DNA of 64,000 nucleotides from NCBI RefSeq assembly GCF_056712565.1, contig NZ_CM160072.1; one strand, 5' to 3'. Shown piece by piece: positions 58,888 to 64,000 of this stretch (position 1 is its first letter; each line of letters starts with the position of its first letter). The notes under the pieces were generated by a model. It saw only the letters and a program-made list of their open reading frames with translations, ran no database searches and was not told where the DNA came from. The position numbers and the translations under genes were made by a program.

Positions 58888-60866
58888 GTAAACGAATTGC
58901 GCTTTTTCCGGTGTTATTGCTGGCGCTGCTGGTGGTTGCTGCTGCGGCGTTGACCTGGATGAACTTCTCGCAGGCGCTGCCGCGCAGCCAGTGGGCGCAG
59001 GCCGCCTGGTCGCCGGATATTGACGTCATCGAGCAGATGATTTTTCACTACAGCTTGTTGCCGCGTCTGGCGATTTCGCTGCTGGTGGGCGCGGGCCTGG
59101 GGCTGGTGGGCGTGCTGTTTCAGCAAGTGCTGCGTAACCCGCTGGCGGAACCGACGACATTGGGTGTTGCAACAGGCGCGCAACTGGGGATTACCGTCAC
59201 CACGCTCTGGGCAATCCCCGGCGCGATGGCGAGCCAGTTTGCTGCGCTGGCAGGGGCTTGTGTTGTTGGCTTAATCGTCTTTGGCGTCGCGTGGGGGAAA
59301 CGGCTTTCGCCGGTAACGCTGATCCTCGCGGGGCTGGTAGTGAGCCTTTATTGCGGCGCAATCAATCAGTTACTGGTTATCTTCCATCATGACCAACTGC
59401 AAAGCATGTTCCTGTGGAGCACCGGAACGCTGACGCAAACCGACTGGGGCGGCGTTGAGCGTTTATGGCCGCAGCTGCTGGGCGGCGTGATGCTGACGTT
59501 ATTGCTACTTCGCCCGTTAACTCTGATGGGGCTTGATGATGGCGTGGCGCGCAATCTCGGGCTGGCCTTGTCGCTCGCTCGTCTGGCGGCGTTGTCGCTG
59601 GCGATTGTCATCAGTGCGCTGCTGGTGAACGCGGTGGGGATTATCGGCTTTATCGGTTTGTTCGCGCCACTGCTGGCGAAAATGCTGGGGGCGCGGCGTT
59701 TGTTGCCACGGTTGATGCTGGCATCGCTGATTGGTGCGTTAATTCTGTGGCTTTCTGATCAAATCATCCTCTGGCTGACTCGCGTGTGGATGGAAGTGTC
59801 CACCGGTTCGGTCACTGCGTTGATCGGTGCGCCGCTGCTACTGTGGTTGCTGCCGCGTTTACGCAGCATTAGCGCGCCGGATATGAAGGTGAACGATCGT
59901 GTCGCGACTGAACGCCAACACGTGCTGGCGTTTGCCCTCGCGGGCGGCGTGCTGCTGTTGATGGCTGTGGTGGTGGCGCTGTCGTTTGGTCGTGATGCGC
60001 ACGGCTGGACGTGGGCGAGCGGGGCGTTGCTCGAGGATTTGATGCCCTGGCGCTGGCCGCGAATTATGGCTGCGCTGTTTGCGGGCGTCATGCTGGCGGT
60101 GGCGGGCTGTATTATTCAGCGGCTGACCGGAAACCCGATGGCAAGCCCGGAAGTGCTGGGGATTAGCTCCGGCGCGGCGTTTGGCGTGGTGTTAATGCTG
60201 TTTCTGGTGCCGGGTAATGCCTTTGGCTGGCTGTTACCCGCAGGCAGTCTCGGGGCGGCGGTGACGCTGTTGATCATTATGATCGCCGCCGGACGTGGTG
60301 GATTTTCCCCACACCGCATGTTACTGGCGGGGATGGCGTTAAGTACCGCGTTCACCATGCTTTTGATGATGTTGCAGGCAAGTGGTGACCCGCGAATGGC
60401 GCAAGTTCTGACCTGGATTTCCGGTTCGACCTACAACGCGACCGATGCGCAGGTCTGGCGTACCGGAATTGTGATGGTGATTTTGCTGGCGATTACCCCG
60501 CTGTGCCGCCGCTGGCTGACCATTTTACCGCTGGGTGGTGATACCGCACGAGCCGTGGGGATGGCGCTGACGCCGACGCGAATTGCGCTGCTGCTGTTAG
60601 CGGCTTGCCTGACGGCGACCGCGACAATGACCATTGGACCGTTGAGTTTTGTTGGTTTAATGGCACCGCATATTGCGCGGATGATGGGCTTTCGACGGAC
60701 GATGCCACACATCGTAATTTCGGCGCTGGTGGGTGGTTTACTGCTGGTGTTCGCTGACTGGTGTGGGCGGATGGTGCTGTTTCCATTCCAGATCCCCGCG
60801 GGGCTGCTGTCGACCTTTATCGGCGCGCCATATTTTATCTATTTGTTGAGAAAGCAGAGCCGTTAA
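58884..60866 (+). CDS. fhuB: Ferric hydroxamate ABC transporter permease (fused duplicated permease)
   Basis: 660-aa polytopic protein with two homologous halves; overlaps the fhuD stop. Confidence 0.92.
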   Translation: MSKRIALFPVLLLALLVVAAAALTWMNFSQALPRSQWAQAAWSPDIDVIEQMIFHYSLLPRLAISLLVGAGLGLVGVLFQQVLRNPLAEPTTLGVATGAQLGITVTTLWAIPGAMASQFAALAGACVVGLIVFGVAWGKRLSPVTLILAGLVVSLYCGAINQLLVIFHHDQLQSMFLWSTGTLTQTDWGGVERLWPQLLGGVMLTLLLLRPLTLMGLDDGVARNLGLALSLARLAALSLAIVISALLVNAVGIIGFIGLFAPLLAKMLGARRLLPRLMLASLIGALILWLSDQIILWLTRVWMEVSTGSVTALIGAPLLLWLLPRLRSISAPDMKVNDRVATERQHVLAFALAGGVLLLMAVVVALSFGRDAHGWTWASGALLEDLMPWRWPRIMAALFAGVMLAVAGCIIQRLTGNPMASPEVLGISSGAAFGVVLMLFLVPGNAFGWLLPAGSLGAAVTLLIIMIAAGRGGFSPHRMLLAGMALSTAFTMLLMMLQASGDPRMAQVLTWISGSTYNATDAQVWRTGIVMVILLAITPLCRRWLTILPLGGDTARAVGMALTPTRIALLLLAACLTATATMTIGPLSFVGLMAPHIARMMGFRRTMPHIVISALVGGLLLVFADWCGRMVLFPFQIPAGLLSTFIGAPYFIYLLRKQSR

Positions 60867-60872
60867 TTGAAT

Positions 60873-60893
60873 GCCTCGCCCGGTGGGCGAGGC
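60873..60893. terminator. Bidirectional hairpin between convergent fhuB and hemL
   Basis: gcctcgccc-ggt-gggcgaggc followed by A/T-rich sequence on both sides. Confidence 0.6.
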
Positions 60894-60900
60894 AAAATCA

Positions 60901-62181
60901 TCACAACTTCGCAAACACCCGACGTGCAGCATCGATGGTGTTATTGATATCTTCCATGCTGTGCGCCACAGACATAAAACCCGCTTCAAACGCTGACGGT
61001 GCCAGATAAACACCTTCGTCCAGCATCATATGGAAGAAACGCTTAAAACGTTCCACGTCACAGGCCATCACATCCTGATAGCACGTCACGGACTCGGCGT
61101 CGGTAAAGAAAATACCGAACATGCCGCCAACGTGGTTTACCACCAGCGGAATTCCGGCTTCTTCTGCCGCTTCCCGCAGACCTTCTGCCAGACGTGTTGT
61201 CAGCTCATCCAGCGTCTCGTGAACGCCCGGCTGTGCGACTTCATTCAGACAGGCGAAACCAGCAGCCATCGCAATCGGGTTACCGGAAAGCGTACCCGCC
61301 TGATAGACCGGACCGGTCGGGGCCAGCGCATCCATTACATCACGACGACCACCGAATGCGCCTACCGGCATTCCACCGCCGATGATTTTGCCGAGGCAGG
61401 TGAGATCCGGTTCCACACCGTAATAATCCTGTGCGCCAGCTAGCGCTACGCGGAAACCGGTCATCACTTCATCGATGATCAGCAACGCGCCAAATTCGTC
61501 GCACAGCGCGCGCAGACCTGGCAGGAACTCTGGCAGCGGTGGAACGCAGTTCATATTGCCTGCCACCGGCTCGACGATAATACAGGCAATCTCTTGCGGG
61601 TATTGCTCAAACGCGGCGCGTACAGAGGCCAGATCGTTATAAGTACAGGTTAAGGTATGTTTGGCGAAATCTGCCGGAACGCCCGGCGAATTTGGCTGGC
61701 CTAACGTGAGTGCGCCAGAACCGGCTTTCACCAGCAGGCAGTCAGCGTGACCGTGGTAACAACCTTCAAATTTAATAATTTTGTCGCGACCGGTAAAACC
61801 ACGGGCCAGGCGGATGGCGCTCATCGTCGCTTCAGTGCCGGAGTTCACCATGCGCACCATATCCATGGTCGGGACCAGTTCGGTCACCAGTTGCGCCATT
61901 TTCACTTCCATTTCGGTTGGTGCACCAAAGCTTAAACCACGCTCGGCGGCTTCAATCACGGCATTGCGGATCGCCGGATGGTTATGGCCCAGCACCATCG
62001 GCCCCCAGGAACCGACATAATCGATATAGGCTTTGCCATCAACATCGTACAGATAAGCGCCGTCCGCTTTTTCGATAAACAGTGGAGTGCCGCCCACGCC
62101 AGTAAAGGCGCGAACAGGGGAGTTCACACCGCCAGGGATCAGCTCGCGCGCTGCGCTGTAAAGATTTTCAGACTTACTCAT
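60901..62181 (-). CDS. hemL: Glutamate-1-semialdehyde 2,1-aminomutase
   Basis: 426 aa, [26 protein letters not shown]... Confidence 0.95.
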
Positions 62182-62387
62182 GGAGGGTTCCTGATTCGTA
62201 GAAAAAGTGAATGGCTGCTATTCTATGTTATTCATAACAAGTTAAATACTCGTCAAACATCAGGCTGCTTGTACTGGTGCAATCCTGATTTCTTAGAGTA
62301 TAAAAGTTTTGTGCATTTGAAACATTACGCTTTGCAAAGGATTTTCATGGAACGTGCGAGTAAAATGCCGTCATCTTATTTGTATGA

Positions 62388-63827
<1,440 letters not shown>

Positions 63828-63908
63828 ACGAAATACCAGGGTATTAGATAATGGCGATTATTATTGGGTTAGAATTTGCCCAATTGCCGATGTCGTTTGG
63901 AGCAAAAT

Positions 63909-64000
63909 ATGAGTGATGACGTAGCACTGCCGCTGGAGTTTACCGACGCAGCAGCCAACAAAGTTAAAAGCCTGATCGCTGACGAAGATAACCCGAATCT
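63909..64000 (+). CDS. erpA: Iron-sulfur cluster insertion protein ErpA, N-terminal part (continues off the window end)
   Basis: [31 protein letters not shown]... Confidence 0.8.

Overview
This window is an Escherichia coli-type core chromosome segment. From memory of K-12 gene order (no search run) it reads ppdD' - nadC - ampDE - aroP - [insertion] - pdhR-aceEF-lpd - yacH - acnB - yacL - speED - yacC - cueO - gcd - hpt - can - yadGHI - yadE - panD - rpnC(yadD) - panCB - yadCKLM-htrE-yadVN fimbrial operon - folK-pcnB - gluQ - dksA - sfsA - thpR(ligT) - hrpB - mrcB - fhuACDB - hemL - clcA - erpA'. Gene starts were corrected against known N-termini where the ORF track over-extends. The part worth attention is an accessory insertion of about 5 kb between aroP and pdhR (about 4.46-9.4 kb). 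It holds an intact IS5 with TTAG target duplication, then an AT-rich module encoding a 593-aa protein whose N-terminus is Hcp-like (type VI secretion tube protein) and whose C-terminus is a colicin E9-type HNH DNase. An Im9-family immunity gene follows 2 bp downstream. After it come two tandem orphan cassettes, each a 5'-truncated, mutationally inactivated DNase C-terminal fragment plus an intact but divergent immunity gene, separated by conserved ~190-bp spacers carrying a hairpin. No T6SS structural genes are in the window, so this is an orphan Hcp-fused effector/immunity island with a displaced-cassette array. The rest of the window is ordinary core genome with recognisable terminators, REP elements and the PdhR, CueR and Fur operators.
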